NCBI GenBank assembly: GCA_009841075.1
Contig: VXMP01000003.1
Coordinates: forward strand, 2,023 to 66,022
Length of the DNA stretch: 64,000 nucleotides
Direction: 5' to 3'
Source: Acidimicrobiia bacterium
GTDB taxonomy: Bacteria; Actinomycetota; Acidimicrobiia; Spongiisociales; Spongiisociaceae
This document shows positions 45,825 through 55,329 of the stretch, piece after piece (positions within the stretch are counted from its first letter, which is position 1; every line of letters begins with the position of its first letter). The notes beneath the pieces were generated by a model that saw only the letters and a program-made list of their open reading frames with translations, made no database searches and was not told where the DNA came from. The position numbers and the translations under genes are program-made.

Positions 45825-46538
45825 TCAGTTGCTTGGTGGCCGCGCCTCGGTTGCTTGGGCCGCCGCCTTCTGCTCGTCACGATGGGCTTTGATCTGCTCG
45901 GAAGGTTGCGAAATCCAGGCCAGGTGGTAGCCGGTCAGGTAGCGGCGCAGGAACATCACCGAATGCTCCAGCAGTTGGGGTTGATCCTCCAGCAGGGCGG
46001 GGCCTTCCTGGTCGGAAGCCGCCGCCACCTGAAGGTTCTGGCCTTTCATCCTCGGATAGATGAAGTTGACGTGCTCGGCGACCGGCTCGTGCAAGGCCGC
46101 TTTTAGAACCAGCCGCAGGGCCGAACGGGTGGCCCGCCAATCGATCGGTTCGGACTCCAACGGCAGCGGGGCGACCATCACCTGAACGGGCGCACCCTGA
46201 TCCTCGTCGAGATACAGCATCAGCTCGGTTATCCGTCCGTAGGCGACCAAAGCCACCGGACCGAACGAACCGGACACCTCTCCCAACAAGGCCACCAGGT
46301 CATCCCGCAACCGGGCCTGGTCGGGTTCCCCATCCGATAGGCCGTGCCCCCGTAACTCCACGCTGATAACCCGAAATCCTTGTTGGGCCAACCCGTCCGT
46401 AACCGAACCCCAGACATCCAGGTCATCGCCCAGATCATGCAGGAAGAGCACCGCGGGCCCGTCCCTTGACCATTCGTGTCCCCGGAGGACCAGCCCGTCA
46501 GGTAGCCGGATGGCGACCGGTATCGGACCGGACGTCAT
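45825..46538 (-). CDS. Alpha/beta-fold hydrolase
   Basis: 237 aa. GPAVLFLHDLGDDLDVW and RGHGLSDG are typical of the alpha/beta-hydrolase N-terminal half. I could not find a clear GxSxG nucleophile motif, so the catalytic status is open. Confidence 0.6.
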   Translation of the reverse strand: MTSGPIPVAIRLPDGLVLRGHEWSRDGPAVLFLHDLGDDLDVWGSVTDGLAQQGFRVISVELRGHGLSDGEPDQARLRDDLVALLGEVSGSFGPVALVAYGRITELMLYLDEDQGAPVQVMVAPLPLESEPIDWRATRSALRLVLKAALHEPVAEHVNFIYPRMKGQNLQVAAASDQEGPALLEDQPQLLEHSVMFLRRYLTGYHLAWISQPSEQIKAHRDEQKAAAQATEARPPSN

Positions 46539-47566
46539 CGTTCGGTGAAATCCTGCGGGTTAAAGCACCGGAACACCCGCCCCTCCTGGTCGGGAACCAG
46601 CTCGGGAGGCTCCTCCCAGCATCGATCCAAGGCGTGCGGACACCTTGGGGCGAAAGAACAGCCGGGCGGGAGGAACTGCAGGTAGGGAACCAATCCCGGG
46701 ATAGGATCCAGCTGCTGTCGGACGGTGCTCACCTTGGGCAGGGCACGAAGCAGGCCCTGGGTATAGGGGTGGCGGGGGTTCTCGAACAACTCGTCCACCG
46801 TGGCCTGTTCAACTATCTCGCCGGAGTACATAACCGCCACCCGATCGGCGATCGAGGCGACCACCGCCAGGTCATGGGTGATCAGCAGCATCGCCATGTT
46901 GCGTTCCCGCTGTTCGGTGAGCAGCTGGTCGAGTATCTGCGCCTGGACGGTCACGTCTAAAGCGGTGGTGGGTTCGTCGGCGATCAGGATTTCGGGGTCC
47001 AATACCAGGGCCATGGCGATCATAACCCGCTGCCGCATACCTCCCGAGAGCTGATGGGGGTACGAATCCAGCCTGGTAATCGGATCGGGAAGGCCCACCT
47101 TGGCAAGGGTCTCTCCGGCCAGGTTTCGGGCGTCGGACTTGTTCATATCCCGATGCGCCCGAATCACCTCGACCATCACCTCCCCCACCGTGAATACCGG
47201 ATCGAGCGAGGTGAGCGGGTCCTGGAAGATCATGGAAATGGAATCGGCCCGGATATCCCTCATCTGTTTGTTGCCCAGAGCGACCAGATCCTGGCCGTGG
47301 AACAGGATCTCCCCCTCCCTGATCCGTACCGGAGGGTCGGGCAGCAAGCCCATAACCGAAAGGGCGGTGATGCTCTTGCCGCACCCGCTCTCCCCAACCA
47401 GGCAAAGCACCTCGTTCGGGTAGACATCGAGCGAAAGGCCCCTAACCACATCGAACGACTCGCCTCTCGATCGGACCGAGGTATGAAGCCCTTTAATCGA
47501 AAGCAAAGGGGCGGGATCGGTTCGATGACCGGAGGGAGATACGGGTCGGTCCGTGACAGAAACCAT
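46535..47566 (-). CDS. Peptide/nickel ABC transporter ATP-binding protein (OppD/DppD-like)
   Basis: 343 aa. Walker A GESGCGKS, signature LSGGMRQR, Walker [12 protein letters not shown], and a C-terminal Cys-rich oligopeptide-transporter extension ([14 protein letters not shown]). Confidence 0.9.
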   Translation of the reverse strand: MVSVTDRPVSPSGHRTDPAPLLSIKGLHTSVRSRGESFDVVRGLSLDVYPNEVLCLVGESGCGKSITALSVMGLLPDPPVRIREGEILFHGQDLVALGNKQMRDIRADSISMIFQDPLTSLDPVFTVGEVMVEVIRAHRDMNKSDARNLAGETLAKVGLPDPITRLDSYPHQLSGGMRQRVMIAMALVLDPEILIADEPTTALDVTVQAQILDQLLTEQRERNMAMLLITHDLAVVASIADRVAVMYSGEIVEQATVDELFENPRHPYTQGLLRALPKVSTVRQQLDPIPGLVPYLQFLPPGCSFAPRCPHALDRCWEEPPELVPDQEGRVFRCFNPQDFTER

Positions 47567-47569
47567 TGT

Positions 47570-48487
47570 TCAGCCTCTTCTCAGCCGAGGATTGACCACC
47601 GAATACCCCACGTCGGCCAGCCAGTTGGATAGCAGGACGATGGTCACTAGGACCAGCGAGAAGAATTGCGCCACCGGATAGTCCCGGCGCAGCACCGCGT
47701 TCACCAGCACCTGGCCCAGACCGGGCCAACCGAAGATGGTCTCCACCACCAGGGCATAGCCGACTATCTGCCCGATCCGCAACCCCGCCAACGAGACTAT
47801 CGGCACCAAGGCATTGCGGAACACGTGCCGGCCGATCACCTTGACCTCCGATAGGCCCCCGGAGCGAAGGGTGCGCACGAAATCCTGGTTGAGGTTCTCC
47901 AACATAGCCGAACGGGTCATACGGACGGTCAACGCCAGCCCCTCCATCGCCAGCACCACCGCCGGCAACACCAGCTGTTTGGGACTACAGCAACCGGCGG
48001 AAGGAAGCCAGCCCAGCTGGGTGGCAAACAGCCACACCGCCAGCAAGGCCAGCCAGAAGTTGGGTACCGCCATCCCGGCCACAGAGAAGGTCATGATGCC
48101 CCCGTCCCACCAGGAGTTCCGCCGCAGCGAGGCCAGCATGCCGAGCGGTATCCCCACCCCGAACACCAGAATGAAAGCCGCCGCCCCCAGGATCAGGCTA
48201 TTGCGACCGTGTTCGGTCAGCATCGAGCCGATCTGGGCGTTGTTGGTGAGCGAATTGCCCAGGTCACCGGAAACCAGGCTGCCGATATAGTCGAAATATT
48301 GCTCATGGAAGGGGTCGTTCAGACCCAGCTGTTCCCGGACCGCCTCCCGATCTTCCGCCGAAGCCGAGGCCGGTACCCGAGCCGCTACCGCATCACCGCC
48401 CGACAGGCGGATGGCATAGAAAACGGCCACCGAGGACAGCGCCAGGACTATCACCATGTAGACGGTTCGAGCCAGTACCCGTTTCAT
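47570..48487 (-). CDS. Peptide ABC transporter permease, DppB/OppB-type (copy 2)
   Basis: 305 aa. It shares a long identical block, WLPSAGCCSPKQLVLPAVVLAMEGLALTVRMTRSAMLENL, with 49451-50374. Confidence 0.85.
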   Translation of the reverse strand: MKRVLARTVYMVIVLALSSVAVFYAIRLSGGDAVAARVPASASAEDREAVREQLGLNDPFHEQYFDYIGSLVSGDLGNSLTNNAQIGSMLTEHGRNSLILGAAAFILVFGVGIPLGMLASLRRNSWWDGGIMTFSVAGMAVPNFWLALLAVWLFATQLGWLPSAGCCSPKQLVLPAVVLAMEGLALTVRMTRSAMLENLNQDFVRTLRSGGLSEVKVIGRHVFRNALVPIVSLAGLRIGQIVGYALVVETIFGWPGLGQVLVNAVLRRDYPVAQFFSLVLVTIVLLSNWLADVGYSVVNPRLRRG

Positions 48488-49422
48488 TCCTGCTCCACCC
48501 CTTTGGCTTCGTGCCGGAGGCGCGGGTCAAACACGTCCCGCAGGCCATCCCCGATCAGCGACACCGACAAAACCAACAGGACGATGGTGACCCCGGGAAT
48601 GGTCGACGCCCAGGGGTTGATATGAAGAAAGTTGCGTCCGTCCGACACCATCCCTCCCAGGCTGGGAGTGGGGGGTTGGGCACCTAAACCGATGAAAGAG
48701 AGGGCGGCTTCGGCGATTATCGCCACCGCCACATAGTAGGAGGCCAGTACAAGGGCGGGTGCCAGTATGTTGGGGAAAAGATGACGCCACATGATCCGAG
48801 GAGTGGACAGTCCACCGGCCCGGGCGGCTTCGACGAACTCCCGCTCGCTCAGGGATAGAACCTCGCCTCGCACCACTCGGGCAATGGCGGCGGTGTTGAC
48901 CAAACCGACCGCCAATATCACCGGAAACAACCCTTCCCCCAGGCCGCCTGCGAACAGTACCGCCACCAGGATCAGCGGGAACCCCCAGACAAAATCGACC
49001 ACCCCTCGGATGGTGCGGTCTCTCCAGCCGCCCAGGAACCCGGCGAACATCCCCAACACCAGGCCGAACGCCAGGGAGATGAGGGTTACTCCCGCCGCCA
49101 CCATCAGGCTGACCCGAATGCCTATGAACACCCGAACCGCCTGATCCCGCCCCAGATGATCGGTGCCGAGCAGATTTCCCTCGCTACCGGGCGGGAGGTG
49201 GGTGGCGGAGAAGTTCTGCAGGTTAGGGTCGGCCCCGGAAATAGTCGGCCCGACGAAGCCCGCACCCAGCACGATCAAGCCGAGGACCGTACCGAAGAGG
49301 AGCAGGCGGTTGCGCAACATTCGGTCAAAGGTGGCCTTGATCGGACCCACCCGACGGCTTTCCTCGTATTCGGCCTGCCTCCGATCCCAGGTTTCCAGAT
49401 GAGTCAGGTTCTGGTCAGTCAA
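48484..49422 (-). CDS. Peptide ABC transporter permease, DppC/OppC-type
   Basis: 312 aa. LLGTDHLGRD motif and an EAA-like loop (EFVEAARAGGLS). Confidence 0.85.
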   Translation of the reverse strand: MTDQNLTHLETWDRRQAEYEESRRVGPIKATFDRMLRNRLLLFGTVLGLIVLGAGFVGPTISGADPNLQNFSATHLPPGSEGNLLGTDHLGRDQAVRVFIGIRVSLMVAAGVTLISLAFGLVLGMFAGFLGGWRDRTIRGVVDFVWGFPLILVAVLFAGGLGEGLFPVILAVGLVNTAAIARVVRGEVLSLSEREFVEAARAGGLSTPRIMWRHLFPNILAPALVLASYYVAVAIIAEAALSFIGLGAQPPTPSLGGMVSDGRNFLHINPWASTIPGVTIVLLVLSVSLIGDGLRDVFDPRLRHEAKGVEQE

Positions 49423-49450
49423 TTATCCATCCTTGGGTTCCCGACCATAA

Positions 49451-50374
49451 TCATACGGCGCGAGAACGGGCGTTGCGTAACCGAGGGTTGGCGACCAGGT
49501 ATCCAAGGTCGGCCGCCCAATTGCCCACGATCACCAGGGTGACCAAAACCAGGGAGAAGAACTGGGCTACCGCATAGTCCCGCCTTAGCACCGCGTTAAC
49601 CAATACCTGACCCAGGCCGGGCCAGCCGAAGATGGTCTCCACCACCAACGCATAGCCGACTATCTGCCCGATCCGCAGTCCCGCCAACGATACAATCGGC
49701 ACCAACGCATTGCGTAGGACGTGGCGACCTACCACCCTTAGCTCGGACAAGCCGCCCGCCCGCAGGGTTCTTACAAAGTCCCGGTCAAGATTCTCCAACA
49801 TGGCCGAACGGGTCATACGGACGGTCAAGGCCAACCCTTCCATCGCCAGCACAACAGCCGGCAATACCAGCTGTTTGGGACTGCAACAACCGGCGGAAGG
49901 TAACCAACGGAGTGTGGAGGCGAAAAGCCACACCATCAGAAGGGCCAACCAGAAATTGGGGACTGCCAGACCGCCCACCGATAGGGTAGTAATCGAAATG
50001 TCTGTAAACCCGTTACGCCGCAGAGAGGCCAGAATCCCCAGCGGAACACCGAGCCCGAAAACCAGCAACAAGGCCGCTCCTCCGAGCAGCAGGCTATGTC
50101 GGCCGTGGATTATCAGCATCTCGGATATCGGCCAGTTGTTGGTCAGGGAATTGCCCAGGTCGCCTCGGAGCAGACGCCCCATATAGGCGAAGTATTGCTC
50201 GTGAATGGGGAGGTTCAACCCCCAAAGCTCGCGAAGCTGTTCCCGGGCCTCCAGCGAGGCTGTGCCAGGTTGGATCACCGCCGCCACTGCATCGCCACCC
50301 GAGAGCCGGATGGCGTAGAAAACGGCCACCGAAGACACAGCCACTATCAAGACCAGGTAAAGGGTACGCGTCAC
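49451..50374 (-). CDS. Peptide ABC transporter permease, DppB/OppB-type (copy 1)
   Basis: 307 aa, a paralog of 47570-48487 (see finding). Confidence 0.85.
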   Translation of the reverse strand: MTRTLYLVLIVAVSSVAVFYAIRLSGGDAVAAVIQPGTASLEAREQLRELWGLNLPIHEQYFAYMGRLLRGDLGNSLTNNWPISEMLIIHGRHSLLLGGAALLLVFGLGVPLGILASLRRNGFTDISITTLSVGGLAVPNFWLALLMVWLFASTLRWLPSAGCCSPKQLVLPAVVLAMEGLALTVRMTRSAMLENLDRDFVRTLRAGGLSELRVVGRHVLRNALVPIVSLAGLRIGQIVGYALVVETIFGWPGLGQVLVNAVLRRDYAVAQFFSLVLVTLVIVGNWAADLGYLVANPRLRNARSRAV

Positions 50375-50602
50375 CAGGGTTCTGATAATCCCGACCGTAT
50401 GAGACTGCGATTCCAGGATTAAGCCCTCCCTTTACCTCGGTAGGCGATACACCTCTAACCGTCTTTTTGGCCTAGGAGGGTGCTGAAAAATGTCCGGTTG
50501 GCCCGCTATCAAGAAACGATACCTGAGTTAGATGAAATGGCGGGACAAGCATCTTCATCTTTTTCCAGCACCTCCTATCTGCACTCCGCGAAACCAAGCA
50601 AT

Positions 50603-50631
50603 AAGGGGCCGCATCTAACCTGCGGCCCCTT
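50603..50631 (-). terminator. Intra-operon stem-loop (attenuator/terminator) after the SBP gene
   Basis: On the minus strand, AAGGGGCCGCA-ggttaga-TGCGGCCCCTT is followed by ATTGCTTGGTTT. It lies 40 nt after the SBP stop codon and before the permease genes. Confidence 0.6.
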
Positions 50632-50670
50632 ATCGTCAAATATCCCGTTTTTTCTGCCGGAAAGTCGGGG

Positions 50671-52485
50671 CTAGGCCTCGATCCAGGTGTCGTTGTAGTA
50701 GGGGTACAGGTTCCACACGAACGGCTGCCATCCGTGCACCTTGTTGTTGTGAACGAAGGTGGCGTTCTGGTTCATGAGCGGAATAAACGGAAGTTGTTCC
50801 GCCCAGGCCAGCTGGAACTCCGAGGCCGCAGCTCTCGCCTGCTCATCGGTGGCAGATGTCTGCCAGCTGGCAATAGCCGCGTCGACGCGAGGCTCCACGG
50901 CGTGCGAGAAATTAGGCACTGGTACGGTTGCCGACGAACCGAACAGGATCAGCACGTCCAGCGGAATCGGCCAGAGCCAGAAGAAAAGCGACATCTCAAC
51001 CGAACCACGACCCGGTTGGCTCTGCTGCTCAAAAGCCAGCGCCCGGTCAACCACGTCCAGGTTGGCCTGAACCCCGACGTTGGTGAACTGGGCCTGAACG
51101 GCTTCGGCTACCGACTTCTGGGTGGTTTCGTCCTCGACCAGGTAGCGGAACTCGAAGCGCACACCGTCTCTGGTGCGAACCCCGTCGCTCCCCATCACCC
51201 AACCCGCCTCATCGAGCTTCGAGTTGGCCAGATCAACATCAAACTGGTTGAACTGTTCTACCGCCGGTTCATAGTTCCGGTCGGTGGTGGGGAAGGGGCC
51301 GTAGGTGGCCGCGCCGTTTCCGAACAAAATGGCCTGAACCATCCCCTCCCGGTCCAGAGAGTGGGAAAGGCCTTGGCGGGTGAGACGGTCACCGAAAAGC
51401 TCCTCGTAGTCACGGTTCATCGACAGGTGGTAGCCCGACCACTCCGGATGTCGGATAACCGTCAGGTCCGAGTTGGACTCGAGCCGTCCGATATCCTGGT
51501 GGGCCGGGTTGATCAGGGTGTCGATGTCGCCGTTCTCCAGCTGGGTGGCCCGTTGGCCGGCTTCGGTTATCACCGTCCACCGGATCTCGTCCAGATAGGC
51601 CTTACCCTTGTTCTCGAAGAAGGGGGTAAGCGACCCGGGATAGTCTTCCCATCTTTTGACCAGGACATGACTTCCGGGGACCCACTGCTCGTGAGTGAAC
51701 GGACCGGTACCGTCGACCAGCTCGGTTCCATAGATGGAGGCGGCGTTGATGTTTCCATCCGCACCGATGGAATGCTCCTTCCAGGTGTTGATGTTGACGA
51801 TCCGCCAGTAGCCGGTCTTGTGTGGTCCAAGAGCACCCACCCAGGGGTTCTTCATCTTCATGACCACCTCCGAACCATTAGCCTCATAGGTGTCTACCGG
51901 CGAGGCCAGGCCGGCGATGAAGCTGTACTGCTGAACCCCACGGTAGAACTCGGCCACCATCTCGGCGTTGATAGTCCCGCCGGAGTGGGAGAGCTTGCCG
52001 TCCGGGATGGTGAAGCGATACTCAAGTCCGTCATCGGAAACGGAAAAATCCGAGGCAAACTGGGGCACGGTGGCACCACTGGGGTCGTTAGACAGGATGG
52101 CCTCGTAGATGGCGAAGAAGGCCGGGTCATACCAGTTGGTGGTAAGAGGGTCGTGCTTGGAAACGTCCCGGTTATAGCCCTCCCGTAAAGTACCGCCGGA
52201 CCGATCGTCCATCATGGCCTCGGTGGTCGCCGGGGTGTCGTCCATGGCCTCGGTGGTCGCCGGGGTGTCGTCCATGGCCTCGGTGGTGGTCGGGGCGGCG
52301 GTCGTGGTGGTGGGCTCTTCGTCATCCCCGCAGGCCGCCAGGATAGAAGCCGCGGCTGCCACGCCGATTCCGGCCGCACCCATGCGCTTCATAAACTGCC
52401 TGCGCCCGATCTTTTTTGCCTTGTACTGTTCGGTGAGATCGTTTACCTCGGGACCGAGGTCGGTCTCCAACCAAGAGTCGCTCAT
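50671..52485 (-). CDS. ABC transporter substrate-binding lipoprotein, family 5 (peptide/nickel), Tat signal
   Basis: RRQFMKRMGAAGIGVAAAASILAAC (twin-Arg plus lipobox), an acidic Thr-rich repeat linker, then an SBP_bac_5-like body. The start is set at ATG 52485 (AAGGAGG 8 nt upstream). The track ORF starts at 52569. Confidence 0.85.
   Translation of the reverse strand: MSDSWLETDLGPEVNDLTEQYKAKKIGRRQFMKRMGAAGIGVAAAASILAACGDDEEPTTTTAAPTTTEAMDDTPATTEAMDDTPATTEAMMDDRSGGTLREGYNRDVSKHDPLTTNWYDPAFFAIYEAILSNDPSGATVPQFASDFSVSDDGLEYRFTIPDGKLSHSGGTINAEMVAEFYRGVQQYSFIAGLASPVDTYEANGSEVVMKMKNPWVGALGPHKTGYWRIVNINTWKEHSIGADGNINAASIYGTELVDGTGPFTHEQWVPGSHVLVKRWEDYPGSLTPFFENKGKAYLDEIRWTVITEAGQRATQLENGDIDTLINPAHQDIGRLESNSDLTVIRHPEWSGYHLSMNRDYEELFGDRLTRQGLSHSLDREGMVQAILFGNGAATYGPFPTTDRNYEPAVEQFNQFDVDLANSKLDEAGWVMGSDGVRTRDGVRFEFRYLVEDETTQKSVAEAVQAQFTNVGVQANLDVVDRALAFEQQSQPGRGSVEMSLFFWLWPIPLDVLILFGSSATVPVPNFSHAVEPRVDAAIASWQTSATDEQARAAASEFQLAWAEQLPFIPLMNQNATFVHNNKVHGWQPFVWNLYPYYNDTWIEA
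52213..52292. repeat. 30-bp tandem repeat, about 2.7 copies, inside the SBP linker
   Basis: CATGGCCTCGGTGGTCGCCGGGGTGTCGTC occurs at 52213 and 52243 (identical), with a diverging third copy at 52273. It encodes (AMDDTPATTE)n. Confidence 0.9.
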
Positions 52486-52592
52486 ATAAGTATCCTCCTT
52501 GCTCCGCACGGACTGGCGCTCGGGAACTATCTTATCCTGTGATTCCACAAGGTGTGGCTTAAACACCAAATAGAAAACGAAAGGTAAAAAAA

Positions 52593-53567
52593 ATGGAGAG
52601 GTTTCTGGTTACAGGATCGGCGGGCTGCCTGGGTGCCTGGGCCGTACACGAATTGGTACGGGAGGGAACCGAGGTGGTTACGTTCGATATCAGCGATACA
52701 CCCCACCGGCTCCGGCTGCTGCTCGATGAAGACGAACTGAGATCGGTTCGCTTCTGCCTGGGCGATATAAGGGATACCGAGTCGGTCGACCAGGTTGTAA
52801 GAGAGAACCGCATCACCCACATCGTCCACCTGGCCGCCCTACAGGTGCCCTTCTGTGCGGCCGATCCGGTCAACGGATCCCGGGTGAACGTGACCGGAAC
52901 CCTGAACATCCTCGAGGCCAAGCGGCGGTCGAACGGACAGGTCCGAGGAATAACCTACGCCAGCTCGATCGGGGTGTTCGGACCGGCCGAAATGTATGAG
53001 AACGGGATGGTCAATGACCACTCTCCTGCTGCTCCGGCCACCCTATACGGAGCCTACAAGCAGGCCAACGAATGGACCGCCCGCATCTACGCAGCCGACT
53101 GGGAGATGGGGTCGGTGGGGCTTCGGCCCTCGGTTATCTACGGCCTGGGACGCGATCAGGGTCTCACCTCGGCCGCCACCAACGCCATGTTGTCGGCCGC
53201 CGCCGGGGCGTCAGGTCACATCACCCACGGAGGGACGGTTACCTACCAGCACGGCCAGGACATAGCCCGCATCTTTATCGCCGCCGCCCGACTGGAAGCC
53301 CGCCAGGCCCTGGTACATAACATCGGAGGGCCGGTCGCCCACATCTCGGAGGTAGCCTCCGCCATCGACACCGCCGGCGGCGGAGGAATCGAGACCACCT
53401 ACGAGGATGTTCCTTTCCCGCTTCCTTCTTCCATCGACGGTTCCGACCTGGAACGGATTATCGATATCCCTCATCGCCCGCTCGAGGAGGGCATCGCAGG
53501 AACGGTCGAGGACTTCCGACGCCTGCTCGCCGCCGGGCTGGTGACCGCTCCGGCATCGACCGGTTAG
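52593..53567 (+). CDS. NAD-dependent epimerase/dehydratase family protein
   Basis: 324 aa. FLVTGSAGCLGAW (GxxGxxG) and YGAYK (YxxxK). Confidence 0.85.
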   Translation: MERFLVTGSAGCLGAWAVHELVREGTEVVTFDISDTPHRLRLLLDEDELRSVRFCLGDIRDTESVDQVVRENRITHIVHLAALQVPFCAADPVNGSRVNVTGTLNILEAKRRSNGQVRGITYASSIGVFGPAEMYENGMVNDHSPAAPATLYGAYKQANEWTARIYAADWEMGSVGLRPSVIYGLGRDQGLTSAATNAMLSAAAGASGHITHGGTVTYQHGQDIARIFIAAARLEARQALVHNIGGPVAHISEVASAIDTAGGGGIETTYEDVPFPLPSSIDGSDLERIIDIPHRPLEEGIAGTVEDFRRLLAAGLVTAPASTG

Positions 53568-53681
53568 AGGGTGCTCTCAAACCTTTACTTCTGAATAGCC
53601 CTTTAAAGGGGGTAGACGACGCCGCTTTTTTGCGATACGTAACGGGTTGCAACATATCAACCGTTACGCAAAGGAGTCGGA

Positions 53682-54419
53682 GTGGTACCCGAATTGTCTT
53701 CCATCACCCATGGTGATTCCACCATTGAAATCGAGATCCAACGAAGTAGTCGTCGCACCAAAACGGTAGAGGTAATCGTGACGTCCGCCGGGGTACAGGT
53801 TAAGGCCCCCCAGAACGCCCCACTGTCGGCCCTCCACCGAATAGTGCGTACCAGAGCCACTTGGATTCTGGACAAAATGACCCACATGCAAGATACGGAG
53901 CGGGCCGGACCGGGTCTGGGCCAAAAGATGCCCTATTTGGGACGATCCTTGCCGGTCGACTATGAAAGATGCGATTCGTCACCGCTGGTGAGGATCGAAT
54001 GTGACGGAACCCGATTCAAGGTGACCATCCCGCAGAAAACCGAGCCCGGATCGATCATGTCGCAGATCGACCAGGCCTTCGTAGCCTGGTACAACGCCCG
54101 AGCCTGGGAAAAGATCCCTCTCACCGTGGACACCTGGTGGCCACTTATGGGCTACGGGCGGAAAGGAAGGGTTCTGATCCGCGATCAGAAGCGGCGTTGG
54201 GGTAGTTGCGCCAAAGATGGGACCCTCCGATTCAACTGGAGGGCCATCATGCTGGATCAGAAGCTGATCGACTATGTGGTCGTCCACGAGCTGGCCCATC
54301 TCCGGATCAGAGGCCATCAACCCGATTTCTGGAACCTAGTGGCCCGGGCACTTCCCAATGTGAACGACCTGCAAGACGAAATCAGCAAAGCCGTCCCCCG
54401 CCTTCCGCTCTGGAATTGA
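53682..54419 (+). CDS. YgjP-like (DUF45/M48-like) metal-dependent hydrolase
   Basis: 245 aa. RSSRRTKTVEVIV..G.VQVKAP at the N-terminus, and VVHELAHLRIRGHQPDFWNLV (HExxH...H) at the C-terminus. Confidence 0.8.
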   Translation: MVPELSSITHGDSTIEIEIQRSSRRTKTVEVIVTSAGVQVKAPQNAPLSALHRIVRTRATWILDKMTHMQDTERAGPGLGQKMPYLGRSLPVDYERCDSSPLVRIECDGTRFKVTIPQKTEPGSIMSQIDQAFVAWYNARAWEKIPLTVDTWWPLMGYGRKGRVLIRDQKRRWGSCAKDGTLRFNWRAIMLDQKLIDYVVVHELAHLRIRGHQPDFWNLVARALPNVNDLQDEISKAVPRLPLWN

Positions 54420-54437
54420 GGGTGATCGGGTCGGCGG

Positions 54438-55244
54438 CTAGGAAACCGTCACCCGATTAGAGGGATAGGCGGACCGAAAATCCTGCACTGCGTCCGGCGA
54501 CCAAGTGTCTGCGAACGGGACCACCAAATTGACCCTGGACTTTGTCTCGCAAGGTCTTCCCTGCCCCACCATCAAAGTGGTCTTCACTCCTCGGCGGCGC
54601 AGGACATAGCTGTAGACGGTGCTGTAAAGAGCATGGTTGCAAACGCCGGTGTCGCCCTGATCGTGGCTGCTCAAAAGGGCGAACACGTCTTCGAGGGACT
54701 TAGCCTCCTCCAGGCGGCGTTGGGCGGAAGCCATCCGATCCTCGGTGGTTACCGTGTCGTCATTCAAAGGATGAATGCCCAGCTTGGTATGGTGATTGGC
54801 GCGGGCGGTCGGCCTGCTTAAAGGAAGCACCGCGCTGCGATGGCTGCGCACTTCCATCGCCGCCTGATCGTGGGTGTCGATCAAAACCAGGTTCCCCCAC
54901 AGATAGGGCCGAGCCGCCACCGCCTCCTGCACCGCCTCGACACCCGACCAAACATCCGACCCCTCCCGGAGGGCGATCTCCACCAGGTCGTCATAGTTGG
55001 CGTGGTCGGGAAGGGTTCGCACATTGGAGTCGCACACCAGCAGTCCGGACGAGTTGGCACCTATCGAGAATCCTGAGAACACGTCCGCATCCGGATCCGT
55101 ACCGGCCCAGGTGACAATACCCTCCACCCCGAACACATCCGGTTCGAGAACAATTCGATCATCGAAATGACGTCGACCAAAGTCCTTGTTCTTGAACAGC
55201 AGGTAGTCGTCGGTACCTAACCGCAGGAACCCGGTGGTGCACAC
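54438..55244 (-). CDS. Ntn-hydrolase (peptidase C45 / acyl-CoA:6-APA acyltransferase-like)
   Basis: 268 aa. It starts (GTG)M-C-T-T-G-F, which places the nucleophile Cys right after the initiator. FKNKDF follows. This is a motif-level call only. Confidence 0.6.
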   Translation of the reverse strand: MCTTGFLRLGTDDYLLFKNKDFGRRHFDDRIVLEPDVFGVEGIVTWAGTDPDADVFSGFSIGANSSGLLVCDSNVRTLPDHANYDDLVEIALREGSDVWSGVEAVQEAVAARPYLWGNLVLIDTHDQAAMEVRSHRSAVLPLSRPTARANHHTKLGIHPLNDDTVTTEDRMASAQRRLEEAKSLEDVFALLSSHDQGDTGVCNHALYSTVYSYVLRRRGVKTTLMVGQGRPCETKSRVNLVVPFADTWSPDAVQDFRSAYPSNRVTVS

Positions 55245-55329
55245 TTCCGATCACCCCTTTCTGCGGCAATCTCGAAAACTACGGTAAGGGATTGTAGGTG
55301 TAGAGAGCCGATTCGGTATCGTTGGTGAC

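Noticed and set aside
45812-45880. 23-aa Arg-rich extension of the amidohydrolase ORF
   Set aside because: It overlaps the upstream hydrolase gene. MAVVDAHLHLF is the usual N-terminus for this family.
52486-52569. 28-aa N-terminal extension of the SBP ORF
   Set aside because: ATG 52485 has AAGGAGG 8 nt upstream. The longer form would leave only 23 nt to the divergent epimerase gene.
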